Part shown: piece after piece, positions 27,678-38,253 of the stretch | Layout of the letters: every line of letters begins with the position of its first letter | How positions within the stretch are numbered: position 1 is the first letter of the stretch | NCBI GenBank assembly: GCA_001784285.1 | Contig: MFQC01000001.1 | Location: forward strand, 29,780-93,779 | Direction of reading: 5' to 3' | DNA: 64,000 nucleotides | Origin: Candidatus Magasanikbacteria bacterium RIFCSPHIGHO2_02_FULL_48_18 | Lineage (GTDB): Bacteria > Patescibacteriota > Patescibacteriia > Magasanikbacterales > UBA922 | Translations under genes and position numbers: made by a program | The notes under the pieces: model-generated | Database searches by the model: none | Seen by the model: only the letters and a program-made list of their open reading frames with translations | What the model was told of the DNA's origin: nothing

Positions 27678-28754
27678 TCATTGGCGCGTTTCTTGAATTG
27701 GCGCATCGGATAGCACATCGGCCTCTCCCGGCCATTCATAATTTTGAAACGCCCACTCTGCCGCATCGCGCGCTTCGGTAAAGCGCGCCTCATGGCTATG
27801 GGCGCCCAATACCACCACATCCACCGCATGATGATTGTCATCCGATACTTGAACGGTCAAATTATATAACGCGGCAGGAATATAACCGGTCTTGCCGCCG
27901 GCAATTTCAGCAAAATTATTTTCAATCCATCCCAAAAGCAACCAATTGGTATTCCAAATATGGTGACGCACGTTGCGCTCTTTGGAATACAGCGTCACTT
28001 CCCGAATGGTGAGCGCGTCATAAATTTTTTTTTGCGACAAAGCTTCTCTCAAGAGAAGTGCGACATCGGAAGCGGTGGAGACATTTCCCGCAGAGAGGCC
28101 GGTGACATCCACGAACATTGTGTCCGCCATCCCCAATTCGAGAGCTTTTTGATTCATACGCTCAATAAATGCCTCTCTGGTCCATTCCGTTGAGTCGGCA
28201 AGCGTGGTAATGGCTTTGTTGGACGATCCAATCAGGGCGGCCTGCCACAATTCATCACGGGCATACGTGTCGCCCGCGTACATGTGCGTATCAATAAGCT
28301 CGTCCGAAACCACGGAAAGAGGCGCCGACCAATCAAGGGAGTGCTCCAATAAGACAAGCGCGCTCATGAGTTTGGTCATGCTCGCGATAGGCCACGGTTC
28401 ATACTCGTTTTTCTGATATAACACAAACCCGGTCGCGTGGTCTTTGACCAAAAGCGACCGAGCGCTGAGCGTGTCGGGAGAAAGCCAGGCTCCTTTGAAC
28501 GCCGGCAAAGACGGCGCGACGCTGATTGGACGCTCGACCGCCACGTCGCCGCCCTCCTCGGCGGAAACGTTTTCGAGCGCGCGAACCGAAAAATTTTTTA
28601 ACGGCGCGGCAATGCCGTCCGCGCGAAAAAATATCTGGTTTCGCCACACCGTCCCAACAATGACAATCCCAAAAACCACAAAGAGCGCGGCCAAATTCCG
28701 CCATTTATTATGAAACGATGATTCACTATATTCGGAAATATGATCAGAAAGCAT
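27678..28754 (-). CDS. D-alanyl-D-alanine carboxypeptidase/endopeptidase (peptidase S11)
   Basis: N-terminal TM; PIASMTK (SxxK), SSN (SxN), GGKTGY (KTG). Confidence 0.9.
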   Translation of the reverse strand: MLSDHISEYSESSFHNKWRNLAALFVVFGIVIVGTVWRNQIFFRADGIAAPLKNFSVRALENVSAEEGGDVAVERPISVAPSLPAFKGAWLSPDTLSARSLLVKDHATGFVLYQKNEYEPWPIASMTKLMSALVLLEHSLDWSAPLSVVSDELIDTHMYAGDTYARDELWQAALIGSSNKAITTLADSTEWTREAFIERMNQKALELGMADTMFVDVTGLSAGNVSTASDVALLLREALSQKKIYDALTIREVTLYSKERNVRHHIWNTNWLLLGWIENNFAEIAGGKTGYIPAALYNLTVQVSDDNHHAVDVVVLGAHSHEARFTEARDAAEWAFQNYEWPGEADVLSDAPIQETRQ

Positions 28755-28761
28755 ACAATGG

Positions 28762-29292
28762 TTATTCTTCCTTTGGCGGGATAGAATCATGGGCAGACAA
28801 AACGTCAAAATTGGGAAGCTCAGACGTGTTCGTTACTGCAAGCTGGCGCAACGCTTCCATGGAAATATGATACACAGGGAGGAGTTCGCTATCGCGCTCT
28901 TTTTCCTCAACAAGACCGCGAATCATCAAATTTCGTATGATGACCGCGCAATTGACGCCGCGAATTTGTTCCAATTCCGGCCTCGTGATGGGTCCTTTAT
29001 ACGCAATCACGGTCAGACTCTCAAGCTGAGCTTTGGTCAGTTCTCCGGCAATCTCATCCTTTAAAAATAATTCGGTTGTTTCATAGACACCAGGATTTGT
29101 CGCCATTTGTACCGTTCCGTCCTGGAAAAGAATATGAATACCGGATTCCGGCGTATTGTGCATGACACACAGATCCTGTATAACTTTTTCCACCGACAAA
29201 GGATCGGCGCTGAGCGCGCGGGCGATATCGTTGACGCCAAGCGGCTTTGAGGCGACAAATAAAATGGATTCAATGCGAGGTTTGAGTGACAT
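28762..29292 (-). CDS. scpB: SMC-Scp complex subunit ScpB
   Basis: IESILFVASKPL, LTKAQLESLTVIAYKGPITRPELEQIRGVN. Confidence 0.93.
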   Translation of the reverse strand: MSLKPRIESILFVASKPLGVNDIARALSADPLSVEKVIQDLCVMHNTPESGIHILFQDGTVQMATNPGVYETTELFLKDEIAGELTKAQLESLTVIAYKGPITRPELEQIRGVNCAVIIRNLMIRGLVEEKERDSELLPVYHISMEALRQLAVTNTSELPNFDVLSAHDSIPPKEE

Positions 29293-29293
29293 A

Positions 29294-30991
29294 TTATTCG
29301 ATACGAAATGCCATAAGCTGTTCTCCCGTATAATAGACAAGAAATATATGGTTGCCGGTTTTTTGAAATGCCTGAACCGCATCTTCTGAAAAAATAACTG
29401 AAATCGATGTCCCCGTGTGATTTGATTTCTGAAATTCGTGCAATGCGGCCGTCAAAAATTCATTTGCATATGTTGGAAAACCGGTAAACATCCTCTCTTG
29501 GCTATTTTCTTTTGGGGACAATACAATGGCATGCGGATCACATTGCCGCGCGGCCACATATTCTCCCGGGGAAGACTCTTCCGGAAAAAATGTATACATC
29601 GGGATGCGTTCACCTTTGGGCCTCTCCCTTCCGGCATTGATTGCAATGGCTTCTCGAATGGCATTTCGAAATACCTGCGCCCCTCCCAAAGAATCAGGAA
29701 GCCCCACAAAAAAAACGGCATCATTTTCTTCTATGCCAAGGGCCTGATACTGGCTCGTTATGCCCGCCGCCATCTCCCCGGCTCTCTTCCACACGATATT
29801 CTTTTGAAACAAGATATATCCGCCAAGAATCGCGAGAACAGAAAAAACTATTCTGCCAATGACGCGTCCGTGTTTTGAAATTTTCTCAAAAAGAACAGTA
29901 CAAAAAAGAACAAAAACAGAGACCGCAAATACGGACGGAAGATACGTATACCTCTCCCCTTCATTATTCCGTGGATTGAGGAGAAGATTCAAAAAAGGGA
30001 GTGACACCAGTATATAGGAAAATCCCAAAAAGACAAAACCGCGCCACGCACATTTTTTCCTGACGAAACAAAAAAAGAATAAGACAAAAAGAATACATGC
30101 GGCGATTGGGAGAACAAAAAGGATATGATCCATAAAAATGGCATACAGGCGTCCCCGCAATGGAAAATCCAAAAACAATGATAGGGCAAGCGCTATCCCT
30201 TGGCGTCCATATTGGAGTAGATCAAAAGACAGCTCGGCCTGCCCATAATACCCAAAAAGCACCCCGGTCGCGTATTGGCGCACCGCGAGATAGGCGCCTA
30301 TAATACCAAGAGGCGCAAGAAAACGCAGAAGGATATTTTTGCACTGAACAAAAAAAGTGTTCACTGTCCACTGACGAAAAATCGCTTCAATAAGGAAAAA
30401 AACAGCAAGAAATGTAATCGCAATTTCTTTTACCAAAAGCGAAAAAATGATACTGAGGAGAGAAAAAATGTAATATCGTTTTTTCCCCGATTGGAAGAAG
30501 AGAAAATAACACATAATCCCCACCATATACCCAAGCGTTCCCAACAAATGGGGCACGGCCGCAATCCAGCTGACCGCTTCGCTGTGCGCCGGAAGAACCC
30601 CAAAGAGAAGAGCCGCAAAAAAGCTCGGCTCTTTTTTCTTGGTTAAAACAAAAAAAAGCGCAAAAACCGTGGAAGATACAGCAAGATGGAGTATAACGGA
30701 AAGAAGATGATACGGAAAAGGATGGCGTCCAAAGAAAAATACTGCCACGGTATACCAAAGATTCAAAAACGGGGCATACGCTCCTCCTTGTCGAGATCCA
30801 AGATAATTGGTGGAAAAATAATGCCATACCCCCGACTGGCGCATGGTGTTATAGACAAAATCGTAATCATCGCTTAAAAATCCCGCAAAGAGCGCAGGAA
30901 AATACACCACTCCGACGACAACAAAAAATAAAATGCCAAGCAAGAGGACGGAATGTTGAGAGAAAAAATGTCGTGTCTTCAAAAATGCCAT
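29294..30991 (-). CDS. GT-C fold integral membrane glycosyltransferase (TMTC/PMT-like)
   Basis: More than 10 TM helices; F.SDDY loop after TM1, PFPYHLLSVILH, P.HSEAVSWI, KE, ERYTYLP. Confidence 0.7.
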   Translation of the reverse strand: MAFLKTRHFFSQHSVLLLGILFFVVVGVVYFPALFAGFLSDDYDFVYNTMRQSGVWHYFSTNYLGSRQGGAYAPFLNLWYTVAVFFFGRHPFPYHLLSVILHLAVSSTVFALFFVLTKKKEPSFFAALLFGVLPAHSEAVSWIAAVPHLLGTLGYMVGIMCYFLFFQSGKKRYYIFSLLSIIFSLLVKEIAITFLAVFFLIEAIFRQWTVNTFFVQCKNILLRFLAPLGIIGAYLAVRQYATGVLFGYYGQAELSFDLLQYGRQGIALALSLFLDFPLRGRLYAIFMDHILFVLPIAACILFVLFFFCFVRKKCAWRGFVFLGFSYILVSLPFLNLLLNPRNNEGERYTYLPSVFAVSVFVLFCTVLFEKISKHGRVIGRIVFSVLAILGGYILFQKNIVWKRAGEMAAGITSQYQALGIEENDAVFFVGLPDSLGGAQVFRNAIREAIAINAGRERPKGERIPMYTFFPEESSPGEYVAARQCDPHAIVLSPKENSQERMFTGFPTYANEFLTAALHEFQKSNHTGTSISVIFSEDAVQAFQKTGNHIFLVYYTGEQLMAFRIE

Positions 30992-30996
30992 CTGTT

Positions 30997-31695
30997 TTAC
31001 GCAAGCTCAATGACAATATCATTGAATATTCCTTCTTGGCGCAAAAGCACGGATTCTGACTTCATCAATTCCAAAAGCGCCAAAAAACTGACAATCATAT
31101 TTGTTTTGTGTTTTTCAGGCCCAACAACATCAAAAAATGTCAGCCGTTTTTTTGCCTTAAGGAGCGTCTGAATATCCATAATTTTTTGTTTGAGCGAGAT
31201 AGCTCGGTCAATGGTGGCTATGGGGAGCGCCTTCAAGGGCTTGAGGCGCCACAGCACCGCTTCCATCGCACGCGCCAATGAATCCGGAGAAACATTGGCC
31301 GGCCACACAAACCCCGGCGGCTTCCGCGGCGGCTCTATGCGGCTATACGACCGCCGAGGATCGAGCCAGCGCTTCTCCACATCTTTGCTTGCCTTTTGAA
31401 AGGCTTGGTACAGGCGAAGCTGTTCTTCAAGGCTCTGCTCGTCTTGTTCTTCCGGGAAAAAATGCGGCAAGAGAGACTGCGATTTGAGCAAAAGCAATTT
31501 TGCGGCAACCACCAAAAAGTCGGCCAATTGAACAGGATCGAGCCTCTTTTCCCGTTCCACAAACGCCATATACTGTTCGGTAACGCGAGAAAGCGCCACA
31601 TCGCTCACCGACATCTTTTTTTCTTGAATTAAAGACAGCAAGAGATCGAGCGGGCCGGAAAATTGCTCCAACGTGATTGTCGTCGGCGTCGGCAT
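30997..31695 (-). CDS. scpA: Segregation and condensation protein ScpA
   Basis: FSGPLDLLLSLI, FLVVAAKLLLLKS..LLP, FLALLELMK. Confidence 0.93.
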   Translation of the reverse strand: MPTPTTITLEQFSGPLDLLLSLIQEKKMSVSDVALSRVTEQYMAFVEREKRLDPVQLADFLVVAAKLLLLKSQSLLPHFFPEEQDEQSLEEQLRLYQAFQKASKDVEKRWLDPRRSYSRIEPPRKPPGFVWPANVSPDSLARAMEAVLWRLKPLKALPIATIDRAISLKQKIMDIQTLLKAKKRLTFFDVVGPEKHKTNMIVSFLALLELMKSESVLLRQEGIFNDIVIELA

Positions 31696-31697
31696 AG

Positions 31698-32813
31698 TTA
31701 GAACGTCAAAGAAAATTCGAACAAGGAACCGTTGTGACTAAGGAGAAGATTCCGGTCTCCATGATCGGCAATAAACAGCTCTGTTTCCTCTTCGGTTGAA
31801 TCAAACGAAACAAGCGGTTGCCACGATAATCCATCACGAGAAAACAGCACGCCATAGGACAGACGCTCATGGTTCGTGTTGTTTTCCACATGCGTTGCGG
31901 CGTAATAACGTCCTTCTTTTTCCATCATACTATAGATATATCCCGGCCATCCCGAGGGCGGCGTCCAAACATCCACAGTCTCTCCGGTAGAAAAATTATG
32001 CCAGGCAATGCCAAATCCACCCACCCGATCCGCACCAAGAAATACACCATCCATTCCCGCGTCAAACATATGCGCGGTAAATCCCTCATTCCATATCGGG
32101 GTCCACGCATCTTCTTGATTATTCCAACAAACACCGTACCGGTCAATATCGCCTGTTCCGACGCACACGGCGCTGTCGGGTCTTACAAAGACGTCATGAA
32201 GATGCCGCATGCGAAACCGATCGTCCCCTTCCGCGTACGGCAGGGCGCTATCGGGAAATTCTTGTGAAAAATTTTTCCACAGCATCCATGAATTTCCATC
32301 ATCTTCACTCCGATAGAGATACGGCTGATTATGCGACCATAACGCCGCATACACAAGACTGCCCGGGCCATCTGCCATACTCCAAAACACGCCAACGTCC
32401 TCAGTAACGATCTGCCACGTACGTCCATAATCTTCTGAACGGTACAATCGGGCAGGCGCGTTACTGTTGTAATAGAGGACGCCTTTTTGATTTAAAAAAA
32501 TATGTCCGGTAAAAAAAGTCCCGTCAGAAACGCGCAAACGCTCATGAAACGTATTCTCCCCATCAATTTCCCACACGCCGTGTGAGCCGTCGCCCAGTTT
32601 TGCGACAATAAAAATTCTTCCATTTTTTGGATCAGAAACCATTCTCCCAACCGCATCAATGTCCGGTGGAAGCGATACAAACAGCGGCTTTGCGGGCGCA
32701 TCCGGCGCAGGATCTTTCTCAAGAGAGATGCGTTTTTGAAAGAAAAAAAACCATCCGACCGCGAAAAAACAAAGAAAAGAAACACTCAACGGCAGAATGA
32801 CATTTTTTTTCAT
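31698..32813 (-). CDS. Membrane-anchored BNR/Asp-box beta-propeller protein
   Basis: N-terminal TM; YRSEDYGRTW, YRSEDDGNSW, FSRDGLSW; RHLHDV motif. Confidence 0.75.
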   Translation of the reverse strand: MKKNVILPLSVSFLCFFAVGWFFFFQKRISLEKDPAPDAPAKPLFVSLPPDIDAVGRMVSDPKNGRIFIVAKLGDGSHGVWEIDGENTFHERLRVSDGTFFTGHIFLNQKGVLYYNSNAPARLYRSEDYGRTWQIVTEDVGVFWSMADGPGSLVYAALWSHNQPYLYRSEDDGNSWMLWKNFSQEFPDSALPYAEGDDRFRMRHLHDVFVRPDSAVCVGTGDIDRYGVCWNNQEDAWTPIWNEGFTAHMFDAGMDGVFLGADRVGGFGIAWHNFSTGETVDVWTPPSGWPGYIYSMMEKEGRYYAATHVENNTNHERLSYGVLFSRDGLSWQPLVSFDSTEEETELFIADHGDRNLLLSHNGSLFEFSLTF

Positions 32814-32844
32814 ACACTTTTTCTCCAGGTTCTCCAGGCACGAA

Positions 32845-33768
32845 TTATTCCCCCGCTTTTGGCACGCGACGGATTGGCTGAGTGGAAACGTCTTCATCCA
32901 TCTCCGCCGGAGGAACCACCACAACGCGGCCGTTCACTTCCCCGTACGCGGCAAAAAATGTTGAACAGCGTTTTCGTGTTTTTTCAATATCCATGAGGGC
33001 GCTCACCACTCCCGCATCGGCTCTCGCCGCTTCCTCATCTTGGAGAATGAGCTCCCGAGCTCGATCAATTTCCTGAGAGAGAACGACAAATTGCTCACGC
33101 AACCCTTCAATTTCTGACCGAAACGCGCCTTTGTTCTGACGAAATTCCAAGCCGCCTTCTTGCACGGCATCAAAAGAGCCCTGATATCCTTCCACTTGCG
33201 ACGCGAGAGATTCCAAAACAGGCTGAACGCGGCCAATATAGCCAAGAATATTCTTGACTCGATCGTTGATGAGCGCATCTTGACTGCTTTGAAATCGGGT
33301 CCCCCCAACACCGCCAAGCTCCAAATCACTCAAACGACGCTCTGATTCTTCTCTCAGCGCCTGTACCGGACTCTTGACCTCGGCCGTCTGAGTGCGAGAT
33401 TCCTTGGCGTTATTTTTTTTCATCCTTCCTTTCTGTTCTCTTCGAAGCGCATTAAGCTGAAGCGCAACCATTTCATATGGTGTCTTTTTCCATATATCAA
33501 GCGACATCGGAGCTAACAATCCTTCTCTGGTTGATACCGCACCGCCTTCCGCTTCACGTTTTACAGCCGCGGCCAAAAGGATATTAGCCAGTTTTGTTAT
33601 TTCTTGAGTCAACTCTTCATCACTCAAACTCTCCGGGTCTCTCCGTTCAAATGCGAGAGGATCAAAAACATCTCCCCCAGAAGAAGCGGTCGGAGCGGAC
33701 CCCTGCTCTGGCGGTTTGCGTATAAACCAATCCTTCAATCCTTGAAAAAACCCTTTTTCTCCAGCCAT
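32845..33768 (-). CDS. Hypothetical protein (helical/coiled-coil)
   Basis: Long ORF that fills the gap in the minus-strand operon; no recognised motif. Confidence 0.6.
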   Translation of the reverse strand: MAGEKGFFQGLKDWFIRKPPEQGSAPTASSGGDVFDPLAFERRDPESLSDEELTQEITKLANILLAAAVKREAEGGAVSTREGLLAPMSLDIWKKTPYEMVALQLNALRREQKGRMKKNNAKESRTQTAEVKSPVQALREESERRLSDLELGGVGGTRFQSSQDALINDRVKNILGYIGRVQPVLESLASQVEGYQGSFDAVQEGGLEFRQNKGAFRSEIEGLREQFVVLSQEIDRARELILQDEEAARADAGVVSALMDIEKTRKRCSTFFAAYGEVNGRVVVVPPAEMDEDVSTQPIRRVPKAGE

Positions 33769-33792
33769 AATAGTCAATAACATTATAAACAA

Positions 33793-35553
33793 TTATTCAA
33801 CGACCTTAATATGCAATTCTTGCAACTGTTTGTCCGTGACCTCGCTCGGGCTACCGGTCATCGGTTCTTCAGCTTTTTGATTTTTTGGAAACGGGACGAC
33901 AGCCCGGATATTTGACTCGTTCAGCAAAAGCATGGCGAGGCGTTCGATACCCGGCGCAAAACCGCAGTGCGGCGGTGCGCCAAACTGAAACGCGCGGATC
34001 ATGTGCCCAAATTTTTGATCCACGTCTTCTTTGGCGTATCCGGCGATACGAAAGGCTTCATACATTACTTCCGGATCTTTATTTCGAACCGCGCCGGACG
34101 ATAATTCCAACCCATTGGCAATAATATCGTACTGAAACGCCAAAATATCGAGCGGGTCTTTGGTTTTGAGCGCGTCAAGGCCACCTTGCGGCATGGAAAA
34201 AGGATTATGCCCAAAATCGATTTTTTGCTCCTGTTCATTCCATTCATACATGGGAAAATCCACCACCCAGACCCAGGCGATACTGTTTGAATCGATGAGA
34301 TTGAGTTTTTCCGCCGCACGCTGGCGCACGGGTCCAAGCGCGCTACACGACACTTTCCAACTATCCGCCACAAAAAAGAGAATACTGTTTTCTTGCGGCA
34401 GGGAAAGTGTTTCACACAACGCGCGAAAGGCATCTTTCGAAATGAGTTTTGCTATACCGCCTTCGCACATGCCGTTGACAATCTTGGTCCACGCCAACCC
34501 TTTGGCATGCGCGCGTTTCGCCAAATCAGTAAATTCATCATCGATTTCTTTTCGGGTAAACCGATCGCCGCCGGAAACCACGAGCGCGCGAACCATGTCG
34601 GCATTCTGAAAAATGTGAATATTGCTTTCTTTGGCCCATGCGGTCACATCCGCAATCGGCAATCCAAACCGCAAATCCGGACGGTCGCTACCATAGGTTT
34701 CCATAATGGTTTTATAGGGAATCCTGGGGAACGGTTTTTGAAGGACTTTTTTGCCCGCGAGTTCTTCCGTTAACCCAATAAACAGCGGCTCCATGAGCAT
34801 AAAAAACTCATCTTGGGTCATAAAACTGACCTCGCAATCGAGCTGGTAAAATTCACCGGGTGAACGATCCGCGCGCGGATCTTCGTCGCGCATGCATGGC
34901 GCAATTTGATAATACCGGTCAATGCCCGCAACCATCAATAACTGTTTGTACTGTTGCGGCGCCTGCGGCAACGCATAAAATTTGCCCGGATGCAAACGGC
35001 TCGGCACGAGAAAATCTCTCGCGCCCTCCGGGGAAGAAACGGTCAAAATGGGCGTCGCGGTGTTCATAAAGCCGCGATCTTCCATATAGTCGCGAATATA
35101 TCGTTCCATTTTCGCGCGGAACAACATATTGTTTTTCAATTTTTCCCTTCGCAATTCAAGAAACCGATACCGAAGCCGGAGTTCTTCATCTTCTTCTCCT
35201 TTGTTTGTTTCAAAAATTTCAAACGGCATGGCCATGGCTTCGCTCAGCACATCCGCGCGGGTTGCCATAAGCTCAATAGTTCCGGTTGCAAGCCCGCTAT
35301 TTTTTGTCTTTTCTTCTCTTTCCCGAACCTTGCCCTCGACACGAATAACATACTCGTACTTGAGCAATTCCGTGACTTCAAAATTTTCAACCACGTCAGG
35401 ATTGAAAACGACCTGCGTTATGCCATAGCGGTCGCGAAGATCAACAAAAACAAGCCCGCCCAAATTTCGGCGACGATGAACCCAGCCCGAAAGAATAGCG
35501 TTCTCCCCGGCATGGGTGTCTCGCAATTCGCCGCACGTATGTGTTCGATACAT
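33793..35553 (-). CDS. aspS: Aspartate--tRNA ligase
   Basis: MYRTHTCGEL, LRDRYG, ALPQAPQ, RDEDPRADR, GAD domain, GAPPHCG. The Leu in RRNLGG and Lys in REEKT are the discriminating-type residues, consistent with asnS nearby. Confidence 0.96.
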   Translation of the reverse strand: MYRTHTCGELRDTHAGENAILSGWVHRRRNLGGLVFVDLRDRYGITQVVFNPDVVENFEVTELLKYEYVIRVEGKVREREEKTKNSGLATGTIELMATRADVLSEAMAMPFEIFETNKGEEDEELRLRYRFLELRREKLKNNMLFRAKMERYIRDYMEDRGFMNTATPILTVSSPEGARDFLVPSRLHPGKFYALPQAPQQYKQLLMVAGIDRYYQIAPCMRDEDPRADRSPGEFYQLDCEVSFMTQDEFFMLMEPLFIGLTEELAGKKVLQKPFPRIPYKTIMETYGSDRPDLRFGLPIADVTAWAKESNIHIFQNADMVRALVVSGGDRFTRKEIDDEFTDLAKRAHAKGLAWTKIVNGMCEGGIAKLISKDAFRALCETLSLPQENSILFFVADSWKVSCSALGPVRQRAAEKLNLIDSNSIAWVWVVDFPMYEWNEQEQKIDFGHNPFSMPQGGLDALKTKDPLDILAFQYDIIANGLELSSGAVRNKDPEVMYEAFRIAGYAKEDVDQKFGHMIRAFQFGAPPHCGFAPGIERLAMLLLNESNIRAVVPFPKNQKAEEPMTGSPSEVTDKQLQELHIKVVE

Positions 35554-35603
35554 AAAAAAGAGTAATTCTTGCGGAGGTAGTGTATCAAAAAAAAGGCCGC
35601 CAT

Positions 35604-36923
35604 TCAAGAGGAACTCCCTATTCGTACCCGATCATCCAGCCCGTACTCCTCCTGCAATATCCTGTACCGATCACGAGACAAAAATTCGGTAAATCGATCC
35701 TGCAAATAAAGATCCAAGGCTTCACCGGTCTCGTCCAAAAAAACAGATTCAGGAAACGGAATATTATCCGGCCGTTTCAAATGAGTGAAGGCATCCGCAA
35801 ATGCGCGCCGGTATCCTTGCGATTTTTCAAAAAATGTCTTCCGTTCTTCCCAGCACCATGGCAGAACGGCGTGAGACACGGATAAAATATATACCCCATC
35901 CATGGTATAACGGATGGTGCCGGAAAAAAATCCGGTTCGATTCATTTTTTCCCAATCTTTTACGCGCTCTATAGAACGGGTCACGGCAACGGCCGCTCCT
36001 GTTTCCACAAATTCTCTCCGCGCGTTTTCTTCAGAAGAAAGCGAGGATTGCCCCGCGTCCTTTTTTTCTTTATCCAAAACCGCCGGTGTTTTGGTATCGC
36101 TCCGCTCATGCATGCCGGCGGGCTCCTCCGCCTCTTCGTCCTCCTCGTGCCGGCCATCCCTTTCCTCCTCTCCTTCCTCTCGTTCCATTTTGTCTTTTAC
36201 AAGATCCCGCTCGGTCGTTTTCAAAAAAACAAGCAGATGTTCAAGCGCCTCGATTCTCTTTTCCTGAGGATCTTCAGCGGTTTCCGCGTCCTTTTTTTCC
36301 GATGGCGCCAAAAATAAAACAAAAAATGAATCAATACATTGGCCGCTTTTCTCACGCACCGTCTCATGCAGAGCAAGAATGTCCGCGGTTCTCTTATACC
36401 CCGCGCTGTGTTGAGCGCTGAGCTCTTGTTTCAAGGCTTCCAAAGCGGAAAAAACTGCCAAAAATCCCGCCGCTTCACGCGGATAGGTTTTTTTCAATTG
36501 TTCAACAGCGTCGGCCGGCTTCAATGCTTCATCATCCGCGTCTTCTTCGGATTCATGAAGCGGAAACAGCCGCGCCATGTATGTTTCAAGAAAAGCCAAT
36601 GGCCCGCGAAACGCCAACAAAGCGCGTTCTTCTTCGGTTTTATCCCCCATCTCAAGCGCATACAACGCGTCAAAATCGGCCGCATCCCCGGCCTTTGCTT
36701 TTTGATACGCTGTTTCAATTGCTTGGAAAAATCCCTCATCATCAATATGATTGGGCTCGCAGGCAAACAAAAATTCCTGATACTTTTGCGCCAATGCAAC
36801 TTCCTCTCGTTTTTTTTCCTCTTCTCCAGAAAACATATCAGGGTCATGTAAACCAAAGGTCTCCTCGTCAGGAAGAGGTTGAGATGCATCATGCCGAGCG
36901 GTATGTTCAGGAGAATCATTCAT
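35604..36923 (-). CDS. Hypothetical acidic protein
   Basis: 439-aa ORF between asnS and aspS, Glu/Asp-rich, no recognised motif. Confidence 0.6.
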   Translation of the reverse strand: MNDSPEHTARHDASQPLPDEETFGLHDPDMFSGEEEKKREEVALAQKYQEFLFACEPNHIDDEGFFQAIETAYQKAKAGDAADFDALYALEMGDKTEEERALLAFRGPLAFLETYMARLFPLHESEEDADDEALKPADAVEQLKKTYPREAAGFLAVFSALEALKQELSAQHSAGYKRTADILALHETVREKSGQCIDSFFVLFLAPSEKKDAETAEDPQEKRIEALEHLLVFLKTTERDLVKDKMEREEGEEERDGRHEEDEEAEEPAGMHERSDTKTPAVLDKEKKDAGQSSLSSEENARREFVETGAAVAVTRSIERVKDWEKMNRTGFFSGTIRYTMDGVYILSVSHAVLPWCWEERKTFFEKSQGYRRAFADAFTHLKRPDNIPFPESVFLDETGEALDLYLQDRFTEFLSRDRYRILQEEYGLDDRVRIGSSS

Positions 36924-36930
36924 AAGACGA

Positions 36931-38223
36931 CTACGGACGAACCCGATTGATAAGACGCGGAAACGGAATGGTTTCTCGAATATGTTCAACGCCGCAAATC
37001 CATCCCACCGTGCGTTCAAGTCCCAACCCAAAGCCGGAATGAGGGACCGACCCATACTTTCGCAAATCCAGATACCATTGATATTCCGGGCCTTTCAGCC
37101 CTTCCTTTTCAATCGCGGCCTTGAGTTTTTCATAATTATCTTCGCGCTCGGAGCCGCCGATCAATTCTCCTGATCCCTCAATGCCAATAAGATCATTATT
37201 CAATACCAAATCCGGATTTTCCGGATCTTGTTTCATATAAAATGGTTTGATGGATTTTGGCCATTTGTGAATAAAAACAGGGAGATCCGAATCTTTGGTC
37301 AGGAGCCCCTCATCGTCGTTCCCCAAATCTTCTCCAAATTGAATATCAGACCCCAACTCACGGAGTTTTTGGATTGCGTCCGCATAGGTCAAACGCGGAA
37401 ATGACGGCTTTATTTTTTCCAATGGTCCAATGGGGCGTTCCAATAGTTCAAATTCCATCCGGCATGTTTCGAGACATCGTGTGACGATAAAACAAAGCAT
37501 GGCTTCCTGAATAGCCATGCTTTCTTCATGCTCAACAAACGCCGCCTCCGCGTCCATCATCCAAAATTCGGTCAAGTGTCTTTTGGTTTTGCTTTTTTCG
37601 GCGCGGAATGTCGGGCCAAAATCAAATGCCCGGCCAACCGACATAATGGCGGCCTCAAGATACAGCTGGCCTGATTGGGAAAGATACACTTCGCCTTCGT
37701 CAAAATACTCAATTGCAAAAAGCGTGGTCGCCCCCTCGCAGGCATTGGGTGTTATAATGGGCGTGTCAATTTTAATAAATCCTTGCTCGTGATAAAAATC
37801 ATACACTGCCTGAATAACGACATCGCGAACACGCTGAATGGCCCATTGTTTTTTGCTCCGAAGCCAAAGATGGCGGTGATCCAAAAGAAAATCCGGCCCA
37901 TGCTCTTTTTTTGAAATAGGATATTCCTCTGCCAACTGAACAATTTTTATGTTCGATATCTGGAGTTCCACTATCCCCTCTTTTTTTGGATGCTCTGTAA
38001 TCTTTCCTATCACTTTGACTGATGATTCTTGAGTTAATTTTTCCGCGTTTTCCCATACTAAAGCAGAAACTCCATTTTTGACGACAATTCCCTGCACAAA
38101 GCCCGACCCGTCCCGAAGCTCCAAAAACGCAATCGAGCCTGACGAACGCTTGTTATAGAGCCAACCCTTTATCTCCGCTTCTTCACCAATATGGTGCACC
38201 ATGTGTTCAATACGTATTTCCAT
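36931..38223 (-). CDS. asnS: Asparagine--tRNA ligase
   Basis: [57 protein letters not shown]. Confidence 0.96.
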   Translation of the reverse strand: MEIRIEHMVHHIGEEAEIKGWLYNKRSSGSIAFLELRDGSGFVQGIVVKNGVSALVWENAEKLTQESSVKVIGKITEHPKKEGIVELQISNIKIVQLAEEYPISKKEHGPDFLLDHRHLWLRSKKQWAIQRVRDVVIQAVYDFYHEQGFIKIDTPIITPNACEGATTLFAIEYFDEGEVYLSQSGQLYLEAAIMSVGRAFDFGPTFRAEKSKTKRHLTEFWMMDAEAAFVEHEESMAIQEAMLCFIVTRCLETCRMEFELLERPIGPLEKIKPSFPRLTYADAIQKLRELGSDIQFGEDLGNDDEGLLTKDSDLPVFIHKWPKSIKPFYMKQDPENPDLVLNNDLIGIEGSGELIGGSEREDNYEKLKAAIEKEGLKGPEYQWYLDLRKYGSVPHSGFGLGLERTVGWICGVEHIRETIPFPRLINRVRP

Positions 38224-38253
38224 ATCTTCTCTCTCATTACATTGACAAAAAGA

